DNA of 64,000 nt from Octopus vulgaris (Eukaryota). The stretch's first letter is position 1. Each line of letters starts with the position of its first letter. Location of the stretch: positions 131,688,001 to 131,752,000 of the forward strand of contig OX597819.1 of assembly GCA_951406725.2 (NCBI GenBank). Direction: 5' to 3'. Made by a program: the position numbers and the translations under genes. Under the pieces are notes generated by a model. The model did not search any database. It was not told where the DNA came from and was given only the letters and a program-made list of their open reading frames with translations. Of this stretch, positions 51,683 through 64,000 are shown one piece after another.

Positions 51683-54600
51683 AGTCTGAAGAGTCATCTG
51701 TTTTTATCTTTTAATATCCATCCACTTCCATTTAGCCTGGGTTGGATGGATGCAACAGGTCCAAGAACTGCATAGTGGTGGTCCGATGACTGTTTTGGCA
51801 TGGTTTCTATAGCTGGAGGCTCTTCCTAACGCCAAGCACTCTACAGAGTGTACCGGGTGCTTTTTACATGGCACCATCACCAGTGCAGTCGGTCACCATG
51901 CAACTTGCAAGAATAACACTTCCTTCAAGATTGAGGAGGCAGCTCTATGTTAGGAGACAAGAGGGTAAAGTGTGAGGGAAGGGGCCAGAACAAAAGGTCT
52001 CTGGCTGTAAAGGAGTTACATGGCTAATCCCACTATAGAAGAGAGAGAGAGGGTAGGAGGTTAGTTGGAAAGAGATAAAATAGTGGTGATGAGGTACCAG
52101 GGTGCCACGTAAAAAGCACAAGGTGAGTAGGAATGAGTAAAAACAGAAGAACTAGCAGATGGCTATGGTTTGTTGGAATTTCTTTTCCCTGTCGTCTTTG
52201 GCTTTAATATTTTGGGGTTATTTTTAAATTAGCACCGATTCATTTTATTCAAATCAAATGATAGAACAACAATGGCTGTATTAATTCAGATTTAGATCTG
52301 GTCAAATATGGGTTTACGAAAAACTGTATATTTAGACATTTATCTATACTAATTCAGTGACTGTACACCTGATGTAATGTAAATTGCAATATATTGATTG
52401 GGGCAAAGTTGGAAACATGATTGTCGAAAGGAAGTTTTAATTATCATATTCCCACCAAATTAATTATTCCTCAACAGAATTCATAAAGAAACTGAACATA
52501 CTAAATATTCAGTATTGTAGATTTCACAAAATACAATATAATTTTAAAAATATAACTGAAACTTATGGAGACAATATTTACACAACCAGATCTCATAATG
52601 CAGGGAAACAGTTGCATAATCAAATACCTGGAGAACTACATTGCATGGAAACAATTGTAGTGAGTAAAAAATTTTTTAAATATCTCCAATTTTTGCAGTT
52701 ACCTATTCACACATGACAGATGCCCAAACACAAACCTGGATGTCCGTATAATACTACAACTGGACAGCACAGAGTGAAATCTGAAGGTGGACAAGCTTTA
52801 TATTGAACTCTACTACATTCTTAACAGAATATACCATAACTATATTATATATATATATGTGTGTGTGTGGTTATAATCTGGTCAGTACTTTGTCTCCTCC
52901 TAAATACAACAAAATCTTCAGAAACTTTTTAATGGAATACTTTTAATGTGTCTGATATAAAGACAACTTGACATTATTCCCAAAACCAATTTGGATACAA
53001 TTAATTAGGGAATCACCTTTTCTCAGATAATTTCAAGACTGAAAATAATAATAATAATAATGCTAACTCATGCCAAGACATCAAAGAGAATCATTGACAA
53101 AAATAAAAACAAAGAATTAAAACAAAACACACATATCTGAAGAATAACACAAGAATGTCATTAAACGGCACCAAGTGTGCGAACATCGACAACATTCATG
53201 CATAACGAACACTGAGACTAGCAAAACATCAACCGTTTTATGCTCTTTCTTTTACACCTGCCTATCGTGTGTGTGTGTGTGTGTGTGTGATAGGAATGCA
53301 GCTACCTATCATGTATGTAAGTAAGTGTAGATGCAGCATGGCTTACAAACTACAAAGTCAGCAGTTCAATCCCAGTATTTGGCATCTTAGTCAAATGTCA
53401 TTTTCTAGAGCCCCAGCTCAGCCCAAATCTTGTGAATGAATTTGGGAAAGTGTACTGAAGCCTGCTGGGTGGATTAGACATGTAATTCAAAGGGGAGACC
53501 GATAACATACTGTGTCATGCTGATTTTGTCTCGGAATTACATTCAAGGTGCACATGTCTGAAATAGCCAATTAGACAGAAATTCAATCAAGACACAAATG
53601 AACAGTCATCATCAAAAGCAGCAAATTTCTTTCCCAGATAGAAGTGATGGCCATCTTGGTAACAAAGGTGAATTGCTGAAGGAATCAGATGCTGGCACTT
53701 AAATTACTGCATTGCTTGGCAAATTGATTGCAAGTTTCTGTTGTTTAACTTTGTTGTGTTGTGGTCGGAACTCAGCTTGGCTGGAAATATAAGACTGTTT
53801 CGAGCTGGCCACTGACATTTGCTTCTCATCCATTTAATGTTATCAGGAGACATCAATATGTAGTTTATGGAATCGATATGTCTAAATCACATCAAAGACT
53901 CAATCAATCATCTTTCTCCACACACACACACACACACACACTGAATAAATAGCACAGAACTGAAAGCTAGGTTCTTGTAGAGTTGGAAGAATCTCTTCTT
54001 TGGTCAGACAAGGAATTACATTTTATGTCAAAGACTGGTAGCAGAATACAGTTGAAGAGTGTTTACTACATAGCATATACTACTATCAACGACTATACTA
54101 CCATATACGTGTGTGTGTGTGTGTGCATACAATGTAAATAGCTATGATTCCATTGTGCAATGTGGGTAATCCAATTTTTGAAATGGATATTATTAACAAA
54201 AGACTAAACACTATTTTACAAAAACTATTAAGATATCATTCAATAATAATAATAATAATAAAGTAACAATATTTGATAGCAATGAAGACCTGAACTCGAG
54301 TGATGTCAATATAAGAATCCTTTGGTATCCCTAATAAAAATGAAGGGAGATTATGAAGTGAAACCTTATGAAAGTAAGGTTTAGTTTTAAGGAGTTTTTA
54401 AAAAATGTTATTCTACTCACTGATAAGCCATTCTGATCACTTAATGTACTCCAAAATGGAAGTATTTCCAAGTACACATAACAATGGTTGACTTTTAAAT
54501 GTTATTCTGAATAGAACTGCTCAAATAACATGGAATGGTTTTCATCTTACATAGCATAATAGGGCAAATATGCTTAATTCATATAACAGGCATCACACTA

Positions 54601-55649
54601 GCAGGGTGATTAACAAGTTAATTAGTCACTCAATAATTATTTTGCATCAAATTACTTTATCAATGATTTTGAGTGTAATGAAAATATAACAAAGAGTTCA
54701 TAATTATGAAGAATTGTAAATAGTAAAAGACATAAATAGGAATCTGATTGATAAAAGAATCGGGATTTATTTAGCCTTTCTTATTTAAACAAACTGAATT
54801 ATATCGTTGGAAATTCCTGTGGGCACCTTTGAGGTATACAGCAGGTCAAATTGAAGTACACCATTATAATTTACTATCGTTTGTATTTAAACACGTCACT
54901 GCTTAGTGCTGTCACCCCAATGGGTAAAATAACAGACCAGGAAAACTTCCAAAAAGATGGAGTATGGGAAATCTCAAAAACAAATTTGTCCAAGATTATT
55001 TTAATTTTCAAAAAACCCAACAAACCAAGCAATGAGCCACATAGTCCTTATGTATTTTGTAGTGACGTATCAAGTATATTGTTCTATTTGCCAAAAAGTC
55101 TATAGTGGGAAATGGAAACAGGAAATGGAACCAGGTCTGCTTCTTCACAAAAAGCAGGAAAACTACTGTGAGAAAGTCATGAAAAAATATATTAAAGACT
55201 TATTTTGAATGTTAAAAAAAATATATTGAAAAAAAAAAAGGAAGTTAAAAGAAGAGCAATGTTTGTGATTCTGGCTATATAAATAAAACAAGCAATAAAA
55301 TGGTAAATAAAATAAAATAAAATTGAATAAATAAAACAGAATTACAATGACAACATTAACATGCAACAATAGAATATTTAAATATTTTACAATATCAGAC
55401 TTGAACAGTGACTTAATATGTCAACCCTGATCCTGTGGCTAATTGCTTTAATACATAAGGAAACGGTTAAGCATTGTGTTAACAATGACTTTTAATAATA
55501 AGCAACAATGGAATCGAAACAGATGACAGGAGCAGGGTTAAACAAAACACACAACAACAACAAGTAGCAAGAATAAAAATATCAGGGGCAATAGAAATGG
55601 TAAAAAAAGCAATAATGGTAAAGGTGTCATGCAGGAGTCATTTACTCAC

Positions 55650-55664
55650 CGTCTGCAGTCATTC
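55650..55664 (-). CDS. Candidate 15-nt exon (GA ATG ACT GCA GAC G), either a phase 1-1 microexon or the start-codon exon (MTADG)
   Basis: Perfect donor G|gtgagt, and upstream ctcttttattctCTAATtaccatgcag|. It splices in frame to exon 49972-49864. Confidence 0.6.
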
Positions 55665-56817
55665 CTGCATGGTAATTAGAGAATAAAGAGTGTGAATGTT
55701 AGCTCAACAGACGCACCACAAGTATTCGCATTTTATTTATATACAGATATATACATACATACAAACATACACAGACTTCAATTGAAAAAGGTTAAGATTT
55801 CAAAGATAAACTCTTATTGACCAACCACTTCATCTTTTCTATCATCGTTTTTGCTAATATTAATTAACAGTTTTTAATTGACACTGATCAGAGATAGTCA
55901 AAGACAACATCAACAAGGAAATGTTTTTCAATAGCTGCCAGCCCAATGAAGAAACCTCTCTGTGGTAGTTCAGGTGGCTAGAAATAATTGTTAAATACCA
56001 TGCCCTAACATCTTAGAGGAAAGAAAAAAAAAAGGGGGCCACGTTGGATAAGGTGGTCTCCTGGATTCAGTGTACCTGGGAAAAAGATAGGATGACTTAG
56101 ATTGTCAACTTGATTAGGACAACCTGAAGCCAAACAACAACAACAACAATGGCATCGTTCAATGATAAAAAAAAACAACATAAAAGAATTTTATATTTCC
56201 ATTAAAAATACATCTTGCAAAGATTTTTACATAAATTAAAGAAAGGAAACAAGAATTTTCACTGATTAGTTTTCATTAATATCACTGACTTGCTTTTAGA
56301 AATTATTATTCTTTCAATATAAAAGCCAATCAATAGTTTATTAATTAATTCAATGATGGAAGACACAAACAAAAAAACAAAGCACTGTACATAAATTATA
56401 AAACAAAAAGCATCATTATAATAAAAAAAAAGAAAGAAAGCAATTAGTTTAATAAATTTCATAAAATATGGCTTCTTGAGTACCATAAGAAGAATCTGTA
56501 ATTTAAGTGAAAACAAATTCAATTAAAATATTCAATAAATGAATTCATAAAATAGGAAATAATAATTAACTTATTTCTAGCATTTAAAAAGTAAACAGTA
56601 AATTTTTTAAAAACTGAAATTGGTTTGTTTAATATTCCTATCACAAAATTATAAAATCTGAAATAATGTTGACTTTAGAATTTTACTTCTTAGAAAACTA
56701 AATTTTTTGTTTAACTTTTTACCTCACAAATCCAGGACTGAAAGACAAGATTGAAAACAAGTTCAACCAAAGATTACAATTAAAATTTATGAGTTTACTT
56801 TAAATTATAATAAGTTA

Positions 56818-56863
<46 letters not shown>

Positions 56864-57786
56864 CATAGGTGAAGGTAAAAATAATAACAGCTACTTTATG
56901 AAACCATAATGGATAAAAGAAAGTTACCCTCTTTGAGATTTAAATTCAAAAACTTAATGTTGCATGGTATTTAGGCCAGTGCTTTACCATTTTCCCCCTC
57001 TCCATTGTTTAGTATTTCTAAAAAAAAAAGTCTGAGAATTTTAACCAAAGAGAAATGTAGAGTGATGTTCATGGTGTTTTCTTTAATGTCTCTGAAATAA
57101 CCAGACATTTAACTAGGTTTTCTGAGATGCTGCTCACCTCAATAATTTTTTCTACCCTAAGTACAAGGCCTGAAATTTTAGGGGAAATTTTAGTACCAAT
57201 TCCAGGGCTCAATTGGTACTTCTCCCATCAACCTTGAAAGGCAAAGTCAATCTCGGTGGAATTTGAACTCAGATTGTAAAGACGGACAAAATGATGGTAA
57301 ACATTTTGTACAATATGCTAACTATTCTGCCAGCTCGCCACTTTAATAACAATAATTTTATTAACACGGAGGAGGCAATAATTATGTATTCTAATGAGTT
57401 ACAATTTACATAGTTTATGTCACAAGAAATTAAAATCAATAGAGAGACAGATCTCTTTATCAGACTAATATTAATTAATATAATTAAAGACTTAACAACA
57501 TCCAAGATAATTTAGTCTGTAATTAAGTATTTGAAATATTTTAATGAGATTGATATGAAACAAGTCCAGATAGTCTTTTACCATTTGGATGACTAACGGT
57601 TTTGTCTTTGTAATAAAAACCAGTCTCTGTGACAGACATTGAAAGTTGCTCACAAAAATATTTCAGTTGACAAAAGGATATTACAATCAATTAAAAAAAA
57701 TAAACATGTTATATAGATTCTGTGAGAGAAGGTATCTACTTGATATATTTACCTGATGCTCCTGGTATGTTTACCAAGATTATTAC

Positions 57787-57951
57787 CTGGTATATTTACC
57801 TGTATGGTCCTTGCAGTTTTCTTTTCATTCCTATTCATATGAAAACCTTTGCTGTTTCCAAATATTTCTTCCTTACAAAAATACCTATAAGGTCCATACA
57901 TCTTTGAGTAAGGGTTCTCAACCTTTTTAATATCTGGGCTAGATCCAAAAC
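57787..57951 (-). CDS. Candidate upstream/alternative exon (165 nt, phase 1-1)
   Basis: Boundaries aatccag|GT TTT GGA ... ATA CCA G|gtaata. The open frame FGSSPDIKKVENPYSKMYGPYRYFCKEEIFGNSKGFHMNRNEKKTARTIQVNIP has no recognisable homology. Confidence 0.4.
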
Positions 57952-58930
57952 CTGGATTATTTTGGGGGGTACACCAAAGAAAAATAAAACACAAGTCAAT
58001 TAAAGAAAAATCTATTTATAGAGGGAAGACCATCAAGGGCTGCTGGAAGAATGCATGCGGCTCTGGGAGCCACAGTTGAGAACCGCTATCTTTGAGAATT
58101 AGGCAATTATGGGTAAAGAAACAAACCTGTTCTCTTTAATAAACTAAAGTCAAAAAGTAATTTACTTCAAGTCTAATGCTATTTTTTAAAAAATTTATTC
58201 CATTTTACCAACAGAAACATCTCAAGTGCAGCTAGTCTCTTCTAAAACAAAAATATTTAATTCTTTCAAGAATGAAATATATCAAAGTCCTTTTTCCCCA
58301 ATTTAAAATCTTTGAGAACGTCTTCCTTCCTAACAATATTTCCTTCAATACCTACTAAAGATTCCTGTCAGTATCCAAAAATTAATTTGGTTCTTAAATG
58401 AATCTTGATGGAATACTAATTGGTGCCTCCTCAGCCAGTTTTCAAGACGTTAGGGAGGTAGCAGGCATAAGAAATCTTTATTCAAAAACATTTGAAAACA
58501 TCTTCCATAGAATTCATTTTTACCCAAGTGACTAAATTAATGGTGCCAGCCCAACGTTTTCTTAGTTCATGGCAGGCACTCCATCCACTACAGCTAAATA
58601 CTTGCTGTCTCTGAGACTCCCATGGCTATGCTGATGGAAGATACCAGTTTGGGATTTTTTAAAAAATCACCAAAACAGAAAATTTTTATTAACTTTATAA
58701 AATTGATATGAAACATTTTCTATCCAAAATGACTGAGTTGATTAAAGTTTGTTAGCAATATATAACAGACTTTCTGGTAAAGTTAATCTGGAAAGACTGG
58801 CGCCTTGTCTAACGAAATGTTTGTCTTTCATAAATTTAAACAAATTTCTAAATCAAGAAAGAATTCCATCATTGAGTTTTATATTTACTCTCTCCTTGTC
58901 TCTACTTCTGCCATGAAGAGTGAGAAGAGT

Positions 58931-59003
<73 letters not shown>

Positions 59004-59167
59004 AAGCACAAAGCCAACTACTGATACGAAAAAGTTCTTAACTCTTAGGTCCTGTTTGTATATTCTTGAATTACAAAACAAAGATAACTTCTCCTTAGCA
59101 CAACAACCTAATTTACAGGTTTGGTTAATTAAAAATATTAACTACCAGGACAACATTGTTCTATAAT

Positions 59168-59640
59168 ATCATCATCATTATCGTTTAGCATCCGTTTTCC
59201 ATGCTGGCGTGGGTTGGATGGTTCGACTGGGGTCTGGAAAGCAAAGAGGCTGCACCAGGCACCAGTCTGATCTGGCAATGTTTCTACAACTGGATGCCCT
59301 TCCTAATGCCAACCACTCCGTTAGTATAGTGGGTGCTTTTTATGTGCCACCGACCCAGGGGCCAGAGGAGGCTGGCATCGACCACGATCGGATGATGCTT
59401 TTTACGTACCACCGGCACAGGAGCCAGTCAAGGTGGTGCGGGCATCGGCCACGTTCAGATGGTACTTTTTACATGCCGCCAGCACAGAGGCCTGTCAGGG
59501 CGAGGGGGCTGGCATCGACCACAATCGGATGGTGTCTTTCTTACGTGCCACCGGCACAGGAACCACAACTACAATTCCCATTTGATTGTGATTTTATTTT
59601 ATTTTGATGTTGATGTACTTCACTCAAAAGGTCTCCTCAA
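59168..59640 (-). mobile_element. 5'-truncated RTE tail copy with four repeat units
   Basis: Reverse complement of the RTE 3' UTR. Confidence 0.88.
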
Positions 59641-61483
59641 AAGAAAAAAAAAAAAAATACAGATTTGCAAAGAAATTGAAGTTTAAGCTTTAGGTTCCAA
59701 TATTCAGTGAAACTAAATAAGAACTGACAAGACCAAAACAGAATTGGTTCTATTGGTCACAAAGTTGTCAAACTGGAGTAAAATAGAAGAATGTACTGTG
59801 TCACATTTTGTACCAAAAGGTATTCTAGCAAAAAGAATTTTAAAAGATAAACTAAATTATGAAAACTAATTTAGAATTCCAATTAACAGGATATACACAA
59901 CGAGCACAAACTGACTCAAACTCGCTCCTACACATGTCAAAATTAAGCAGAGAATACAACCTGGCAACCACACCAGACTCTGGGGGTGGAGTCTTCGACT
60001 TGGCCTGAGCATGGACTCAAACCCAAATGAAATGAAACAGTTTTGATAATTTTTGATACCAACCTGCCTGGTGCTGCCCCGGTTTTTATGATAAAAACTT
60101 CCTGTTCAAAACTTGATCTAAATTAAAATCTACAGAAATTTCATGCTAATTCATTTTTCAAACAGCAGCTAAAAAAATGGCAAAGTTATTTCAATTCTTC
60201 GTTATTTTCAAAATTGAAACAAATAAAGTGCATTTGAACAGAAACATGGTGACAAAAGTATTAATGAAAATTTTGTTAAAGAAATTCTATCCATCAAAAT
60301 TGCCACGCAATTTTAGAGAGAAAATATTCACAAAAATCTCTACTTTCAGAAAATAATTTCTAAATTTTCCTTTTTGTAAATTGATTTTAGCTGCAATTTG
60401 AGTTTATAATACCAAGAATCCAGTTTCTAAATGAAGAGGAATTTGATGGTGTAACAAAAGAACAAGAAAATCTGAAATCAGAAAAGGAAATATCTTAGAG
60501 CAAGGATTCTTAATCCCCTTATAATTGCAAACAGCTGAAGGACTGCCTCAGTGTCTCTTCTCTCCAAACTGCTTCACCAAAAAGAAATTAATCATCATCA
60601 TCAGACCCATTTAGACGCCAAAATGACTTTGAAAAGATGCCACAGTTTGGTTTCACTTGACAAATGGACAAACACGAATGAAATATTTTACAGAGTCATA
60701 AGAGACATTTTTGCAGGAAAAACTGATGAAAAACAATGGCAGTAAATGCCAAAATATAAATTGATCAAAAACAAACCCAAACTAAACAAAAATACCAGTC
60801 GTTAACAACTAATTAATTGTAATTATCATCATGCAAAATAGATACAGCATCAGTTACAGAAACCAGTTTGGTAAAACAAACTCTTTAAAGATAATGTTTT
60901 TGTTTAAACTGCATGGAGCAGCTGCTTTATCCATTTTTTACTACAGAAGCAATAAAAAACACAAAATTGAGGTCAGGAAATGAGAGCAAACCCCAAACCC
61001 CCTGGGCATAGCAGAAGGGGAGTTCTTCCTACGTCTACAGAAGAGAAACAGCATACATTCATTTCCATTTACAAAGGAAATTGAAATAAATTAAGTAAAA
61101 TATGTGGTTGGGTGCAGAGTGAAGTGGCACCTGGCACTGGCACTGGTGACCACAAGACCTGCAAGACAAAGATCGCTCAGCTGAGATGGTAAGTGGTATT
61201 GAAGGAAATGTGGCTTTGTGCCAGGAGATGAGATCTTCAACTAGGATAGGGGCACAGAAACAGGTATCATGCTCTAGTGGAGATGCATGGTTACCCCAGT
61301 TGGAGAGAGAGAGAGAGATAGGAAGAGTAAGGGACAGCGAAAGAAATGGTGACAATGTGCCAGGATGTGCTCTTGAGGTAAAAGGATGCGAATATAAATG
61401 GAATGGAAGAGGATTGTTCAGGGTGTATGAGTAAGGAGCTCATGGAGGTACAAAAGGGAGTGAGGAATGCAGGGAGGGATGAA

Positions 61484-61852
61484 ATCATCATTTAACGTTT
61501 GTTTTCCATCATGACATGGGTTGGACGGTTTGACTGAGGACTGGTGAACCAGATGGCTGCACCAGGCTCCAATCTGATCTGGCAATGTTTTTACAGCTGG
61601 ATGCCAACCACTCCAAGAGTGTAGGGGGTGCTTTTTATGTGCCATCGGCACAGGAGCCAGTCAGGCAGGCCTGGCATCGATCACGTTTGGATAGTGCTTT
61701 TTATGTGCCACTGGCACAGGAGCCAGTCAGGCAGCCCTGGCCTCGACCGCATTCAGATAGTGCTTTTTATGTGCCACCGGCACTGGAGCTAGTCAGGGGA
61801 CACTGGCATCGGCCACTTTTGGATGGTACTTTTTACATGTCACTGGCACCAG
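61484..61852 (-). mobile_element. 5'-truncated RTE tail copy with four repeat units
   Basis: GTGCTTTTTATGTGCCA.CGGCAC units recurring at a ~66-67 bp period. Confidence 0.88.
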
Positions 61853-63926
61853 GTATATAAAGATAGGAAAGAAGTGACAGTAATGATACAGTCGGCAGAA
61901 GGAGGACAGGGGAGAGAGAAAGAGAATTAAGAGAGCAGTGTTGGGCTGCAGCAGTCGTGAGGGGAGAGGCATACACACGTGAGTGCATGTGTTTGTACAT
62001 GTATGTGCATATTTGTGTATGTGTATTTTTGAGCATATGTGTTTGTATGTATGTCTCTATATCTGCATGTTGACGGTGAGCTAGCAGAATCGTTAGCACA
62101 TCGGGCAAAATGCTTAGCGGTATTTCATCTGCCGTTACGTTCTGAGTCAATGTAATCGACTTAATCCCTTTGTCTGTCCTTGTTTGTCCCCTCTGTGCTT
62201 AGCCACCTGTGGGCAATAAAGAAATATATATCTGATGTTGACATTGCTTTGTAAAAGAGTTCTGGTTTTGTTTGTGCTGTAACTTAGCAGTACAACAAAC
62301 AGAGACTATTAAGCACCAGATATTGATATGTTTGAGTAAAACCTTTCACATTGCACACATGACTGCAGTCCAATGAAAGCAAAAGAAAAAGCAGATCAAA
62401 GTTTAGTCTCAGAATGTTGACACTATTGACAAGAAAGTGTAAAAAAAACAACAGCAAAAAATTAGTGAAAACCTACAGAGAGATGCTATGCAAAAGGTTA
62501 AACAACAAAGGGTTCATTTCCACTGTGCGGCACCTTGGGCATGAGTCTTGTGAGCGGATTTGATAGAAGGAAACTGAAAGAAGCCCATCATATATGTGTA
62601 GGCTTGTGCTTACATTTGTGCTCTTTGAGTTGTGAGCTATGAAAGGGTGTTGCTTTTGTCAGTTCTTTTGGCCTATAAAACAACGCTTCAATAATATATT
62701 CATCTAACCCATGCTAGCATGGAAAAAACAGACATAAAATAAATGCTGTGAAACTTAGACCCACTTTCACTTACATAAATATGCAGCTGTTGCTCACTGA
62801 AGACTAGGTTAGTAAGGAAAATGAGATGTTAATCAAATGTCACAAATGGGTGCTGATTAAAGACTTATGATTAAAGACTTCATTGATAAAACAGATCACT
62901 GTTAACTAACACGAAACATCAGAAATTGATAAAGAAAATTACATATGACAGCACAGTAACGATAATGACACCATTACTATAATTAATAAAATTATTATTG
63001 CAAACCCACAGAAACATCAATTCTGTTGAATAAGACAAACATTCTTCACAAACATTCTTAGTGGAACAATCTTGACTACATTTTTTTTTTAAAAAGCAGT
63101 GAGTGAGTGAGTGTGTGTGTGTTCTACTCGCTTTTTGTTGTAATATTAATATGAAATGTAATTTTAAAGTCATCAAGATTTTAAGTGATTAAAAATATTT
63201 GCATGCATAATTAAACTTATGATAAAACCATTTTAAGTTTTCTAAGATTACTAGATAAGCCCAAAATCTTTGACAAGAAACAGCTGCAAAATTAATCAGT
63301 TTACAAAAAAAAAAAAAAAACTACACAAAATAGTTTTTTTTTAAGTAGGAGAACACCATGCTTGAAGCTTCAACTCAATACCTACCAACAATAATTGGTG
63401 CCGAAAATTTGTCTTCTGATAAGAAAAAAAAGATATCTATATATATATGTATAAAAAGTGTCAGCTATTTTATACACACCACAAATTATTGTGAGCATAT
63501 TATATATATATAAACAACTTAAAATTTATAAATTTATTATAAGATTAAAATTTAATTGTAATGTTAACATTATTCCCTTTCTACGGCAAGTTTTACCATT
63601 CTGATATGGGTTGTATTGGTGAGCAAGACTGCATCTTACAATGCTTCTTCGTCCTTTATCATCTCACTTGTGATGGTCACCAAAGTTGCCATATCAGATT
63701 TCTTTTCTTGTGATCTATCTTTGCAACAGAAACAATTCACCCCACCTAGCATGTACAACTAATTAGGGCAGTCACCTGGTTATCAGGAATGTATATTCCG
63801 GGCCCACCGAATGAACACTGCTCACCCACCCAAAATGGTAAATTTTTCTTCCTAATAATTGTTCTTGGAGATAGAATGATAGAGTCTTGTTATACTTTGT
63901 TTCCAAATGTAATATATACACACCCT

Positions 63927-64000
63927 TGGAGGCGCAATGGCCCAGTGGTTAGGGCAGCGGACTCGCAGTCATAGGATCGCGGTTTCGATTCCCAGACCGG
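63927..64000 (+). mobile_element. tRNA-derived SINE head, cut by the window edge
   Basis: GGCGCAATGGCCCAGTGGTTAGGGCAGCGG...GGTTTCGATTCCC contains Pol III A and B boxes. No complete acceptor stem is visible. Confidence 0.7.

Noticed and set aside
52736-52780. Possible 45-nt phase 1-1 exon (FTLCCPVVVLYGHP)
   Set aside because: The donor (gtttgt) is weak, there is no homology, and such a frame is easily produced by chance.
61625-61852. CRISPR-like repeat-spacer pattern (~28-nt repeat, ~38-nt spacers)
   Set aside because: The spacers are homologous to each other, the array is part of the RTE 3' UTR seen at 1158-1385, the context is eukaryotic and there are no cas genes.
63927-64000. Possible tRNA gene
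   Set aside because: A and B boxes are present but no convincing acceptor or anticodon stems are visible. It matches the SINE head type seen at 51358.

Overview
This is AT-rich, microsatellite-rich eukaryotic DNA. The SINE and RTE families and the gene structure suggest an octopod cephalopod (inference). About half the window holds the 3' part of one minus-strand, multi-exon gene, which I reconstructed by splice-phase matching from exons 49972-49864, 45276-45158, 43061-42918, 37393-37268 and 31962-31217, plus candidate upstream exons including a 15-nt exon at 55664-55650. It encodes a winged-helix-like domain followed by a PNP_UDP_1-fold nucleoside phosphorylase/nucleosidase domain whose motifs resemble the effector domains of fungal NLR-like proteins. 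The rest is mostly transposon-derived: an RTE LINE with a C4HC3 PHD finger inside its reverse transcriptase and a repeat-array 3' UTR, roughly 20 truncated tails of that family, two mariners (one nested in a SINE), a young CR1-group LINE nested in an older LINE, an R4-like fragment, several tRNA-derived SINE families, a Helentron-like element, and Penelope-like fold-back palindromes with hammerhead-like motifs. Repeat boundaries are approximate unless a TSD or TIR is quoted. No database searches were run, so family assignments rest on recalled motifs.
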